Positions 36,674 to 46,533 of a stretch of DNA of 64,000 nt are shown piece after piece. The DNA lies in the NCBI GenBank assembly GCA_017962605.1, contig JAGCUY010000001.1, positions 27,880 to 91,879 of the forward strand. The letters run 5' to 3'. The notes under the pieces are model-generated. The model was not told where the DNA came from, did not search any database, and worked only from the letters and a program-made list of their open reading frames with translations. Within the stretch, counting starts at the first letter, position 1; each line of letters starts with the position of its first letter. The DNA is from Kiritimatiellia bacterium (GTDB lineage: Bacteria > Verrucomicrobiota > Kiritimatiellia > RFP12 > JAAYLN01). Both the position numbers and the translations under genes were made by a program.

Positions 36674-37879
36674 ATGGCGGGAAAACAGGGAAAGAGGCGG
36701 CATGGCGGCGTCCGCCACATCCTCTTCGTGGCGGACTTCGCATACGCCTCGAGCAGCCTGATTCTGGCGGGGGTGGAGTCGCGGCTGGCCTCCTGCCCCG
36801 ACGTTGCGCTGCTAATTCGCGGCGCCCATCCGGGCGACGCGGACTGGGAATACGGGGTCGAGTGCGGCATCGACGGCGTAATCTCCTGCCTGGGGGCTGG
36901 CGACCCGCGCGCCCAGTGGTTCGTGGCGGGGCGGCGCGGGCCGCCCGTCGCGCTCGTGTCGGCCAACAAGGCGGGAAAGGCTGCGAAACGGCGCACGGTC
37001 TGCTTCATCAGCGACGCCGCGGCCATCGGCAGGGCGGCGGCCGAACTCTTGATGCGGCACGACCTCACGGAATTCGGATTCGTCGGCGCGCGCTACACGC
37101 CACCCTATTCGTGGGACGTGGCGCGACGCGACGCCTTCGTCGGCACCCTTGCGGAAAGAGGCTTCCAGGCGCGGGTCTATCAGCCGGCGTCCGCATCGGC
37201 CGGAGCGGCCGCCGATGCGGACGCCCTCGCCGAGTGGCTGAAGTCGCTTCCCAAGCCGTGCGGGCTGTTCGTGTCATACGACGTTCGTGCCATGAACGTC
37301 CTCTCGGCCTGCCGTTCGGCGCGAATATCGGTTCCCGAGCAGATACAGGTCGTCGGGGTTGACAACGAGCCGTGGATCTGCGAAAAGACAAGCCCCACGC
37401 TGACTTCAATAGAGCCGGACTTCGAGGGCGCTGGCAGCCGCGCGGCGGAGGCCATCCTGGCCATGATTGACGGCGCGAAGGGCGGCGCGGCGGAAACGTT
37501 CGGCATCCGCCGAGTCGTGCAGAGGATGTCCACCACCGACGTGCACGGGGACGCGGGGCGGGCGGTCCGGGCGCGCGACTACATCGCCGCCCATGCGGAC
37601 GAGCGCATCGCCGTCACTGAAATCGCTCGGCGGCTCAACTGCTCGAAGAGGACGCTGCAGAAAAGTTACGCCAAGGTCTTCGGCATCCGGCTGACGGACG
37701 AAATCGCCGCCGCCAAGGTGGCGAAGGCGAAGAAGCTGCTCTCCGGCAAGGACACGACCATCGATGAAATCCCGGAACTCGTGGGCTTCGAGTCGCCGAA
37801 CCACTTCAAGCGCGTCTTCAAGGCCCGCACGGGAATGACGATGTCGCAGTTCCGCCGCCGCGCCAAAGGCGGGGCATAG
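36674..37879 (+). CDS. XylR-like hybrid regulator (PBP-like sensor plus AraC HTH), paralog 2
   Basis: About 45% identical to 18660-19868 throughout, with the same C-terminal HTH block. Confidence 0.7.
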   Translation: MAGKQGKRRHGGVRHILFVADFAYASSSLILAGVESRLASCPDVALLIRGAHPGDADWEYGVECGIDGVISCLGAGDPRAQWFVAGRRGPPVALVSANKAGKAAKRRTVCFISDAAAIGRAAAELLMRHDLTEFGFVGARYTPPYSWDVARRDAFVGTLAERGFQARVYQPASASAGAAADADALAEWLKSLPKPCGLFVSYDVRAMNVLSACRSARISVPEQIQVVGVDNEPWICEKTSPTLTSIEPDFEGAGSRAAEAILAMIDGAKGGAAETFGIRRVVQRMSTTDVHGDAGRAVRARDYIAAHADERIAVTEIARRLNCSKRTLQKSYAKVFGIRLTDEIAAAKVAKAKKLLSGKDTTIDEIPELVGFESPNHFKRVFKARTGMTMSQFRRRAKGGA

Positions 37880-37892
37880 GCAGATTTTCGAC

Positions 37893-40046
37893 TCATTTCC
37901 GCTGATGGACTATTTCGATGTCTGGCGGGGCATTGACGGAGAAGGTCGGGGCGGCGCCTGATTGACGTTCGGCGCGGACGCGGATTTGGCCTTGTGGCAG
38001 ACGGCGCGAGATGTCGAAGGACTCGACGCCATCGGGCAGATACGGCGCAATCTCGACTTTCGCGAAACCTGGCTCCGCTATCCTGATTCCTGCAAGGAAC
38101 TCGAATGCCCAGGCGGAGAGTGCTCCAAACATGATATGATTGCGCGAACCGCGTCCCGCGCCGACATCGTCGAATGATTCCCATAGGGTGTCGCCGTCCT
38201 GCATCCAGACAGCAAAGCCGGGTGCTTCCGGTTGCGTGAAGATGCGCCAGGCGTCGTCGATGTAGCCGTGAAGGGCCAGTGCCCGGGGAATCCATTTTGA
38301 GCCGAGGATGCCGAAGCGGGCGCGGTGGCCGTCCTCGCGGACGCGCTTCACCAGCGCCTCCGCCGTGGCGGATTCCGCGCCATCTTGGCAAAGCCCCTCG
38401 AAGAAAAGCGGCGCGGCGAGCGAGGTCGGCTCCCCGCCGGCGTAGATGCCATCGCCTTTGTAGAACTCCCGGTTGAGGGCGCTGCGGAGAGATCCGGCGA
38501 GTTCATGACAGCATGCCGCAGTTGCGGCGTCGCCGAAGCGCCCCGCCCAGAAGGCCGTGCGGCGCAGGAACTGCCAGAGGTAGGCGCTGTCCGTCAAGAG
38601 GACGGGCGCGGTCGCGACACCTTCCGGCGCGCTCCAGTCGCCCAGCCCGTGTTCGACAAGCCCGTCGCCGCGCGTCATGCCGAGGATGAACCCAAGGTAG
38701 CGGATCATGGCGGGGTATGCCTCGCGGGCTGGCGCGTCGTCTCTGTAAAAGCGGAATATCTGCCAGGGAATCTCAAAGAGAGCGGCGTCCCAGGCTGGCC
38801 CGGAACTCCAGCCGTAGCCGAAGGTCTCCGTGCAGGGAACGATGCTCGGGATCTGCCCGTTGGGGCGCTGCGCGTCGATGATCATCCGCAGGAAGTGGAC
38901 ATAGCCGTTGCGGGCGTCGAAGTTCCAGAGTCCAGTCTCCACAGCGAGCTGCGCGTCGCCTGTCCAGCCGTTTTTCTCGCGGGTCGGACAGTCGGTCGGG
39001 ATGCCGGTGAAGTTCGAGAGGTAGCTGCGCCGCGTCGCGTCCTGGAGGCGCGAAAAGACGGGGTTGGCAATCTCAATGCTGCCAACGGATGGGATGTCGG
39101 AGTGGACGAAGACGCTGCGGATGGCTTTCACCGCGACGCGACCCTCCGTCCTGACCCAGGCGTAGCGGAATCCGTGGTAGGCGAAGCGCGGATGCCAGCG
39201 TTCGCCGTTGGGGCGCCCTGCAAGCGTGTATTCGTCGTGTTGCGCAGGACGCGGGTCGCCGTTCGCACGAACGAATGCAGTCGCATAGCCGAGGAAGCGG
39301 CCGTCTTGGGCAAGGGCCTCGTCGTAGTCGAGCGTCACCTTGGCACCGGCCTCGCCGGCGACTTCGATTTCGCACCATCCGGCGCGGTTCGTGCCGAAGT
39401 CGTAGATGGTGCCGCCATCGGGATGCGGAAGAGTGGCAATAGGGGCGACGGGGTCGAATACGCGGCATGGCGGCGCATCGTCGTGCGACACTTCCGCGAA
39501 GGGCGGGTATTTCACGACCTCGGCGGGCCGCTCGTTTTCGCGAAACCCCTCCTTGCGGGCGTCATACCATTCGCCGTTGCGGAAGGCGTTGAAGACGATG
39601 GGGGAGTCATAGGCCGTCCAACTGCCGTCGGTCACGAATATGGTTTCCCCGTCGGGAGTTTCAAGCGCCCCGCAGATCGCGGGGGCGGCGGCCCAGGGCG
39701 CGTGGGCAAAGTCGGCGCCCTCCCGCGTGATGTAGTTGAACCAGCCATTCCCAAGCAGCACGGCCACGACATTTTCGCCCAGTTGCAGCAACGGGGCGAT
39801 GTCGCGCGAGACTGAGGAGAGTCGCCGCATTGGATGGCATGTGGCGGGGTGGAGGACCTCGTCACCGGCGCGGACGCCGTTCACGAACAACTCATGCCAG
39901 CCCGCGACGGCGAGCGTCAAAATGGCGTGCGCCGGAACGGCATCGAGCGTGCAGTGCTTTTCCAGAAACGGGGCGGGCTTCTCCGCCTCCTTCGTTCCGC
40001 CCGAAATCCACTTCGGGCAGCCGAGTTTTAGAAAAGACGAGTCCAT
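37893..40046 (-). CDS. Alpha-L-rhamnosidase, GH78 (shorter paralog lacking the first N-terminal domain)
   Basis: TDCPTREKNGWTGDAQLAVE and the same six-hairpin region as 7244-9883. Confidence 0.75.
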   Translation of the reverse strand: MDSSFLKLGCPKWISGGTKEAEKPAPFLEKHCTLDAVPAHAILTLAVAGWHELFVNGVRAGDEVLHPATCHPMRRLSSVSRDIAPLLQLGENVVAVLLGNGWFNYITREGADFAHAPWAAAPAICGALETPDGETIFVTDGSWTAYDSPIVFNAFRNGEWYDARKEGFRENERPAEVVKYPPFAEVSHDDAPPCRVFDPVAPIATLPHPDGGTIYDFGTNRAGWCEIEVAGEAGAKVTLDYDEALAQDGRFLGYATAFVRANGDPRPAQHDEYTLAGRPNGERWHPRFAYHGFRYAWVRTEGRVAVKAIRSVFVHSDIPSVGSIEIANPVFSRLQDATRRSYLSNFTGIPTDCPTREKNGWTGDAQLAVETGLWNFDARNGYVHFLRMIIDAQRPNGQIPSIVPCTETFGYGWSSGPAWDAALFEIPWQIFRFYRDDAPAREAYPAMIRYLGFILGMTRGDGLVEHGLGDWSAPEGVATAPVLLTDSAYLWQFLRRTAFWAGRFGDAATAACCHELAGSLRSALNREFYKGDGIYAGGEPTSLAAPLFFEGLCQDGAESATAEALVKRVREDGHRARFGILGSKWIPRALALHGYIDDAWRIFTQPEAPGFAVWMQDGDTLWESFDDVGAGRGSRNHIMFGALSAWAFEFLAGIRIAEPGFAKVEIAPYLPDGVESFDISRRLPQGQIRVRAERQSGAAPTFSVNAPPDIEIVHQRK

Positions 40047-40048
40047 TC

Positions 40049-41419
40049 TTATCGAGAAGCGTTCTCAAACGCCCGCTCGGCGAAAGCAAGCGCCCAGGCC
40101 CAATCGATGCCGGAGAGGCCATGTGCGCCGCCGCGTCGGACATAGCCGAGGTTCGGGCCGACGAGCGACAGGTCGTAGGGTTCTGGAAAATCCCCGTCGG
40201 GAAGCCCCGGAATGCCATGAAGTTCCCATGCTGGCGACGCGGCACGACAGGCGAGAAACTCGCCCTTGGTGTCAAACCATGGCTGGCCGAATCCTTCCAC
40301 GAGCAGGGCACGCGGCGCAACGGCGGCGAGCAGCCAGTGCTGGTCGAAAGACATCGTCGACTCCTTGCCGGCGTATTTCGCGTAGGCGCGGCAATACCAA
40401 TGCGGGAACATCTTCACTTCGGTGGCCGGGTTCTCTCCGAAGAAGCGCTTGGCGAGCGGCGCACCCCCGCCGCCGGTCTGGCACGGGACGCACACGGCGA
40501 AGCGTTCGTCCCGCGCGGCCGCGAGAAGCGCCGCCTTTCCGAGGCGAGAGCAGCCGGTCACGAGCGAACGCGAGGCGTCGATTTCCGGGATGCGTTCCGC
40601 CAAGTCCAGTCCGCGCGAAAGCGCCCACGCCCACGCGCCGAGCGTGGTGGGGTTGTCGTCGCGCGATTCGTCGCGGGCTCCCCAGAGGTCGAAGACGCCG
40701 CGCCACGCCATGTCGAGGGTGTCTCCCTTGCCGGGTTCGATGTCCGGCGAGACCTGCGCCTGGCAGCAGCTCATCACGGCGATGCCCCGCGCGATAAAAT
40801 CTTCGAGCGGGAATGCGTAGCGGTTGCCGGTCTTGCGCAGCGACCCTCGGCGGTCAGGATGCAAGGCGAAGGTCCCATTTTTGCGAGAGGCGGACGAGCA
40901 ATACCAGACATTCGTCGGCACGACGATTTCCGGGTCGTCCATCAGCGTGTGGTTGCCGCCGTAGTTGAGAAAGAGCGCCACGGGGACCTGTGCCCCATTC
41001 TCGCAGACAATGCGGCCCCCCTCCATTTTCGGCTCACAGCCACGGATCCGGTTTGGGATGATGACGATCCAGTCCAGCCACGGCCCGGAGCGACCTTCGC
41101 GGAACCATACGCGATACTGGCGGCGGATGCCTAGTCCGGCGGCGGTCGGGCCCTCCTCGACGAGTTCGCTTTTCATAATCTTGGGCGCGGGCGGCTCCTG
41201 GCCGAACATTTCGCTTGCGAACACCCCGAGTATTTCGCGGCGGCGTTCAGGCCAGTCATCAGGCGAGCGCACGGGGCGGCCATCCGCGAAGCGCATCAGT
41301 TCCGGCAGTTCGTATGGCGGAACCGCAGTTTCGTCGTAGTTTACATCCTGCCCCATGGCCGTAGGATTTCTTACGCAAAGAATGCAGAGTGCGACGCAAA
41401 GAAACGCAAAGAATTTCAT
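40049..41419 (-). CDS. CE15 glucuronoyl esterase (4-O-methyl-glucuronoyl methylesterase-like)
   Basis: Signal peptide MKFFAFLCVALCILC. Catalytic-serine motif TGCSRLGKAAL (the G-C-S-R-x-G signature of CE15). Start at M14 behind GGAGAATGGAAG. Confidence 0.7.
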   Translation of the reverse strand: MKFFAFLCVALCILCVRNPTAMGQDVNYDETAVPPYELPELMRFADGRPVRSPDDWPERRREILGVFASEMFGQEPPAPKIMKSELVEEGPTAAGLGIRRQYRVWFREGRSGPWLDWIVIIPNRIRGCEPKMEGGRIVCENGAQVPVALFLNYGGNHTLMDDPEIVVPTNVWYCSSASRKNGTFALHPDRRGSLRKTGNRYAFPLEDFIARGIAVMSCCQAQVSPDIEPGKGDTLDMAWRGVFDLWGARDESRDDNPTTLGAWAWALSRGLDLAERIPEIDASRSLVTGCSRLGKAALLAAARDERFAVCVPCQTGGGGAPLAKRFFGENPATEVKMFPHWYCRAYAKYAGKESTMSFDQHWLLAAVAPRALLVEGFGQPWFDTKGEFLACRAASPAWELHGIPGLPDGDFPEPYDLSLVGPNLGYVRRGGAHGLSGIDWAWALAFAERAFENASR

Positions 41420-41436
41420 CTTCCATTCTCCGTTTT

Positions 41437-43848
41437 TTATTTGAGCCTGAACCAGCATGTTTCACCGGCGGTCATCTCAATAGGAAGCACCATTCCTTCC
41501 GTGCGCTCCCTTTCGCCGCTTTTCATGTTCACGACCTCGCACTTGCGCGGGAGAAGGAAGTCGTAGCGCCCCGGAACGAGGCAGTGGAGGGAGACGAAGT
41601 CGCCGTTCATGTCAACCTGGACGACTCCGGGCGGAAGCGGCACGTAGGCCCCTGCGGCGCGCGCCTCGGCGTTGATCCGGCGGGCATCCATGAACGGCGT
41701 GTTGCGGTCGTGGCGCAGGATATAGGCGTAGCGCGCGGCGACTTCGGGATGGCGGTCGAGGTCTCCTTTCATGTAGGAGTCGAAAGGCACGCCGGAGAGG
41801 GCGACTTGCAGGACGTTGGCGTCGATGTCGGACGCCGGCATTTCGTTTTCGCCGCTCGCTTTCTGGAGCGCCAGGAGGTCCGCTTCGTCGATGACGAACG
41901 CCGCCGTCGGCCGCCACGGGTCGGGCGGTTCCAGGTAGATTGGACGCGACGCCTCGACGACGGCCCCCATGTCTTCCGCGATTTCGGGCAGGTCGAACGA
42001 CCCCTTGTCTAAGTCGTACCACCAGAAGCCCGTCCGGCGCGCGATCATCTGCCCGGCGGTCTTGTGGTCGATGGAGCGCCACTCGTCGATGTCCTCCGCC
42101 TGGCTCAAATCGGGCCGCCGCCACGGCTCCTCGTGTGGCGGCCATGTGGCGTAGGTCCGAAGATCATGCTCATGGACTAGCAGTTTGCCATTAAGGTGGA
42201 ACGAAGAGAACGGCGTCTTCACGCCCAGGATGCAGCCTGGAGTGCGGTTGTGGTAGCCGACCTGCGGCACGATGGCGTCGATTTCCTTCGAGTCGGCGAA
42301 CTCGCGAATGTCGTGCGAGGACTGCTTGCGCGGGCTGAAGGCGCACATGCACCAGCGGAAGACCGCTATGTCCTTCCCGAAAGCCTCTCGCGCAAGACGC
42401 GCATAATCCTCTTGAAGAGCCATGGGCTGACGCTTGAGGAAAGCGGCGTAGTCGCTTTCGCCCGATTCCTCGAAGGCATGCCGCGCAGGTTCAGACCAGT
42501 CTGGAATGGCCGGGGTGAATTGCGCGTCGTGATATCCGCCAAGATGGATGCCGACTATTCGCTTCGAGAGTCCCGTGCGCTTGAGTTCAGCAATCAGTTC
42601 GGAAAGCACGGCTTTGGTTTCCTCGCGCAGGACTTTGGAGTGGTAGGAGGGCCACCGCCAGCACGGCCAGTCGGATGGCGGGACGGGGCCGAAGGCGTGG
42701 GCGTCGTTGCCATAGACCGGCTCCCCCCTTTCCGTGCGCCAGATTTCGTTGGTGTGCGTATCGCACCAATAGGCCGGCGCGTTGAGGTGGATGGTAAGGA
42801 CGTAGAGCGCGTCGGGCGCAGTGAGCATGGAGCGCTTCACGTCTGCGGCGGCTGCGGCGGCGTCGAAACCGTTGGTCGTCCAGTAGCTTTTCCAGAATCC
42901 GGCCTGGTTGCGCCTGGATCCGGGCCACACCTGCGCGACGAGAACCGGGATGCCCGCCTCGTGCATCCGCTTTCCGCCGAACTGGAGGTCCTTGGCGCGG
43001 GCGTGGCCGCCCTTGAAGAAGATCGGAGGCGTGGGCTTGCCATCTACCAGGAAGCGCGCGTAGTCGCCGTCCTTCACGATTTGCGCCGTGTGCTCGAAGT
43101 CGGAGGCGAGAAAGGCGTCGAAAGCCGCCGGGTCGGTAAGGTCGCCTACAAAATCGCGCGCCTCGTGGCCTATGCGGGCCTTCGCCTCCGATTTTTCGAC
43201 TTCCTCCATGGAATCTACCCGGAGATTCCGCCAAATGGTGGAGCTGGGGCCGCCCTCCACGCAGATTGCGGCCCTCCAGTTGCCGTCGTCCTCCTTGGGA
43301 AGCCGGAACGAGATGGCCTTCAGGAGCGGCCGCCCCGGTGCCGTGCAAATCAACTTGTCCTGCTTGAGGGACTGGTCGAGGCCCGGTGCGGCCGGGGCGT
43401 CCGCACCCCACCAGCGGACGGCGCGGACGTTGGCGAAGGCGTCGCGAGGATAGCCCGAAAAGGCCCCCATCTCGGCCGAAAGCCGATAGCGGCTCGCCGG
43501 CGACACTTTTGCAAACGGCCTGTGCGCCACCACCCAGATGGTGCCCTTGTCGTTGGTCTTTTCAATGCGGATCGTGCCATTGGAAAACGACACGACCCCT
43601 TCCGAGCCGCGGGCCTTCACCACGTCGAAAGCGGCCGCCCCTTCGCCGATTGGCGCGAACCACGCCTTCGACGGGTCCGGCATGTTGGCGATCTCGCGCG
43701 GCGGCAACGCCCAGCCGGCGGTTTGCCGGGATGCGGACGGCTTGCCAGCGAAGGTCGACGGCGCAACTTCGCCGCCGAGCAAAACCTGCGCCGCCGCCAG
43801 CAATGAAGCGATGACGGCGCAACGTGACATGACGCAAGCCAGCATCAC
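41437..43848 (-). CDS. Putative secreted glycoside hydrolase, family unassigned (paralog of 22312-24261)
   Basis: Signal-peptide-like MMLACVMSRCAVIASLLAAAQVLLG. Colinear with 22312-24261 over about 500 aa. Confidence 0.45.
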   Translation of the reverse strand: MMLACVMSRCAVIASLLAAAQVLLGGEVAPSTFAGKPSASRQTAGWALPPREIANMPDPSKAWFAPIGEGAAAFDVVKARGSEGVVSFSNGTIRIEKTNDKGTIWVVAHRPFAKVSPASRYRLSAEMGAFSGYPRDAFANVRAVRWWGADAPAAPGLDQSLKQDKLICTAPGRPLLKAISFRLPKEDDGNWRAAICVEGGPSSTIWRNLRVDSMEEVEKSEAKARIGHEARDFVGDLTDPAAFDAFLASDFEHTAQIVKDGDYARFLVDGKPTPPIFFKGGHARAKDLQFGGKRMHEAGIPVLVAQVWPGSRRNQAGFWKSYWTTNGFDAAAAAADVKRSMLTAPDALYVLTIHLNAPAYWCDTHTNEIWRTERGEPVYGNDAHAFGPVPPSDWPCWRWPSYHSKVLREETKAVLSELIAELKRTGLSKRIVGIHLGGYHDAQFTPAIPDWSEPARHAFEESGESDYAAFLKRQPMALQEDYARLAREAFGKDIAVFRWCMCAFSPRKQSSHDIREFADSKEIDAIVPQVGYHNRTPGCILGVKTPFSSFHLNGKLLVHEHDLRTYATWPPHEEPWRRPDLSQAEDIDEWRSIDHKTAGQMIARRTGFWWYDLDKGSFDLPEIAEDMGAVVEASRPIYLEPPDPWRPTAAFVIDEADLLALQKASGENEMPASDIDANVLQVALSGVPFDSYMKGDLDRHPEVAARYAYILRHDRNTPFMDARRINAEARAAGAYVPLPPGVVQVDMNGDFVSLHCLVPGRYDFLLPRKCEVVNMKSGERERTEGMVLPIEMTAGETCWFRLK

Positions 43849-46275
43849 TTACCTCATGATGACAGTCGTTGGGAGCTCAGTTGGGAAGAGCGTGTGCGCA
43901 GCACCGGCGAGAACCGTGCCGCCGGCGTTGAAGAGAAGCGGATTGCCTTCTACGTCGGCGGAGCAGTAAATCGGCCACATTGTCGAAATCGGGTCGTCGG
44001 AATCGTATCCCGCCGCGCTTGGCGCGACTCCGGCCGTAATCGCCGGCGAGTCGTCCTTCACGTGCATTTTATCCGTCCAGAGACGCGGATTGGCGAACGT
44101 CCCCGCCGCGCCGTCATCGACCGTCGTAAAGTTCCAGAAGATGTTGCCCTTCGAGACCATCGAAGACCTGACTGCGCTGCCGCCGACGGCGATGGAGTTG
44201 TAGATGCGCTGGGCGGTCTTGGCAAAGGCGCTGCGGCCGTCCTGCGCCACGAGCGTCGAGAACCACGCCTCGCAATTTTGCCCGACATATCCGAAGTAGT
44301 CGCTGCTGCGGGTCGTGTTCGGCCCCACCCATGTGCAGACGAGGCGACCCCATTCGCCGGAGAAGAGAGATTCGTGTTCGGCGATGTTGCCGAAAACCCG
44401 GCACCGGTATGCGGCCGCCTTGTGGCAGATGTCGCCGTAGGCGTGGCATGCCGTCACGATGCAGTCTTGGAGGAAAATGTATTGATCGACGGTGCCGAAC
44501 GCCGCCGCTCCGAAGCCGGCATCGTCCCGGTCGGAGGAACAGGCGCGCGTCCATCCGTTGGAGAGCGTGAAACCTTCAAAATAGGCCGACTTGCTTGAAC
44601 CAACGCAACGCCAGGCTCCGTCGCCCAGGCCGCCGGTGCCGGAATCCGGTGCGCCGACGATGACGGTCTGCTCCGCACCGGCGACGCCGACGACACGGAC
44701 ATTCGAGTTCGTTATCCACACGCGGGTGTTCACGTATGGTGCGGCCTCCCGGTCGGTCGAAACAACGCCGCCCTGATTGTAAACGCCGGGGGCGACGTAA
44801 ACGACTGTGTCGCTTCCGCCAATGTCAACGGCCTTTTGGATTGTGGCGAAAGGGGCGGATTCGCTGCCGTCGTTGCCACTGTCGTTCCCCGTCTTGGCAT
44901 TGACCCAAAGCGCCTTGCTATAGAGCGGCTCGTTGGTTGAGGCAATGCCGGACTTGGGCGGCACCATCATCATGAGCGAGTCGTCGAATGCCGGAGTGAG
45001 AAATAGTTCATTGCCGGAACGGCGCCGGACGGTCCGCAGATACGTCGTGGACGCGCCGGATGTCCTGCTGCGGCCGAACGCCACGCGATACTGCGTGAGA
45101 AGATTCGTCGTCTGGAGATAGGTCGGCATGCCGTCCGGCACGGAGATTCCGTTCAGGGAAAAAGGGCCGGCGAGGCGCAGGACGCCGCCGTCGGTCGAGA
45201 CTGTTTCCTGGATGGCTCCAGCATGGACGCTTGCCGCTGTGAGGTCGATGTCGTGTCCGGCAAAGTCCTTGCTGGCCATGCCGGGATAGAGTTCTGCCAT
45301 CAGAGTCGCATTGGCGAACGACACGGAGGTCAGCCGGGAAATGTCGCCCGCCGAATCGGCTGCGCTCCCCGCGACGACGCGCCAGTCGCCCTCAAGCGGC
45401 GAAAAGACGGGATAGCCACCGGTTGCACAGTTGTAGTATCTGTCATCGCTGTAGTAGTCATAGTGGGTGTTTCCGCAAGAAATCGTGTTGTAGTAGGTGT
45501 TGTTGGCGTAGCTTTCGCGGGAACTGCCCCGCCCCCTGTTGCACACAATCGTGCAGTTCACGAGCGTTGACTGGCTCACGGCGTAGTCGGAATCGCTGTC
45601 ACCGTTGCCGGCGATTACGCAGTGGATCAGGTTTGCGGCTCCAACGGCGGCCGGGGCGGTGCCGTCGGTCTTGCCGCGCGTCGTTCTGTTTCGCGTGAAG
45701 AGGCATCTCGCCCACGTGCCGCCGCGCGCTCCGCCCTGTGAGAACGCCGCGCAGTTTGAGACCACGCAGTCGGAAAAATATATCCAGCGCTGGCCGGTGA
45801 GCTGAAGGAATCCGCCGGCGTGATGGGTCGATGTGCTGCCATAGCCGTCGCGCAACGTGAAGCCCGTGATCGTGGAACCCTGCGAATTGTCATTTGGCGA
45901 CACCATGCAACGGACGGCATCCGGCCCGATGCCGCCGGTACTCGGATCCGGTGCGCCGACGATGTGCGTCACGGCCGCACCGCCCGTCGATTTGAGGTTG
46001 ACCCTCTTCGTGAGCGAAACGCGGTTCATGTGAGTCGTGCCGTTGCTGTTCTCGGCGCCGCCTTGGTCGTAGATTCCGGGCTTGACCCAGATCGTGTCGC
46101 CGGCCGCAGCCTGGTCGATGGCGTATTGGATTGTATGGAACGGACTTGCCTCCGAGCCGCGCCCGGCGGCATCCACGCCATTTGTGGCAACGTAGTATTG
46201 AGAGGCTGCACCCATCGTGGTCAGCGTGGCGGCAACGGCCGCTGCGAATTCTTTCCGTAGAGTTGTTGTATCCAT
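43849..46275 (-). CDS. Secreted protein with two tandem right-handed beta-helix (DUF1565/pectin-lyase-fold) modules
   Basis: Duplicated module start: GRGSEASPFHTIQYAIDQAAAGDTIWVKPGIYDQGG and GNDGSESAPFATIQKAVDIGGSDTVVYVAPGVYNQGG. Confidence 0.6.
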   Translation of the reverse strand: MDTTTLRKEFAAAVAATLTTMGAASQYYVATNGVDAAGRGSEASPFHTIQYAIDQAAAGDTIWVKPGIYDQGGAENSNGTTHMNRVSLTKRVNLKSTGGAAVTHIVGAPDPSTGGIGPDAVRCMVSPNDNSQGSTITGFTLRDGYGSTSTHHAGGFLQLTGQRWIYFSDCVVSNCAAFSQGGARGGTWARCLFTRNRTTRGKTDGTAPAAVGAANLIHCVIAGNGDSDSDYAVSQSTLVNCTIVCNRGRGSSRESYANNTYYNTISCGNTHYDYYSDDRYYNCATGGYPVFSPLEGDWRVVAGSAADSAGDISRLTSVSFANATLMAELYPGMASKDFAGHDIDLTAASVHAGAIQETVSTDGGVLRLAGPFSLNGISVPDGMPTYLQTTNLLTQYRVAFGRSRTSGASTTYLRTVRRRSGNELFLTPAFDDSLMMMVPPKSGIASTNEPLYSKALWVNAKTGNDSGNDGSESAPFATIQKAVDIGGSDTVVYVAPGVYNQGGVVSTDREAAPYVNTRVWITNSNVRVVGVAGAEQTVIVGAPDSGTGGLGDGAWRCVGSSKSAYFEGFTLSNGWTRACSSDRDDAGFGAAAFGTVDQYIFLQDCIVTACHAYGDICHKAAAYRCRVFGNIAEHESLFSGEWGRLVCTWVGPNTTRSSDYFGYVGQNCEAWFSTLVAQDGRSAFAKTAQRIYNSIAVGGSAVRSSMVSKGNIFWNFTTVDDGAAGTFANPRLWTDKMHVKDDSPAITAGVAPSAAGYDSDDPISTMWPIYCSADVEGNPLLFNAGGTVLAGAAHTLFPTELPTTVIMR

Positions 46276-46421
46276 TGCTGTTTTTCTCCAGTTTTATTGC
46301 GGCAATGCCCCGACGCAGGGCACAGTTCTCGCAAGCACCATCTATTATGCCATATCGCCGCAAATAATTGCGGACAAATCAGACGGCGATTTTCAGACAA
46401 ATATAACGGCGGAAAAAGGGA

Positions 46422-46518
46422 GCTAGAAGTGTTAGAGTGGCTAGATGGGCTAGAATATCTAGCGCTTCTAGCGAAGGCGGCGTCAGCCGCCTGTCTAGAA
46501 CTTCTAGAACTTCTAGTC
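46422..46518. promoter_or_regulatory. CTAGA-rich palindromic array (TTCTAGAA x2 and others) in the promoter region of the beta-helix/GH/CE15/GH78 operon
   Basis: GCTAGAAGTG..GCTAGATGGGCTAGAATATCTAGCGCTTCTAGCG..GTCTAGAACTTCTAGAACTTCTAG. Lies between the XylR-like gene stop (46534) and the operon start (46275). Confidence 0.35.
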
Positions 46519-46533
46519 ATACTACACTCTCCC

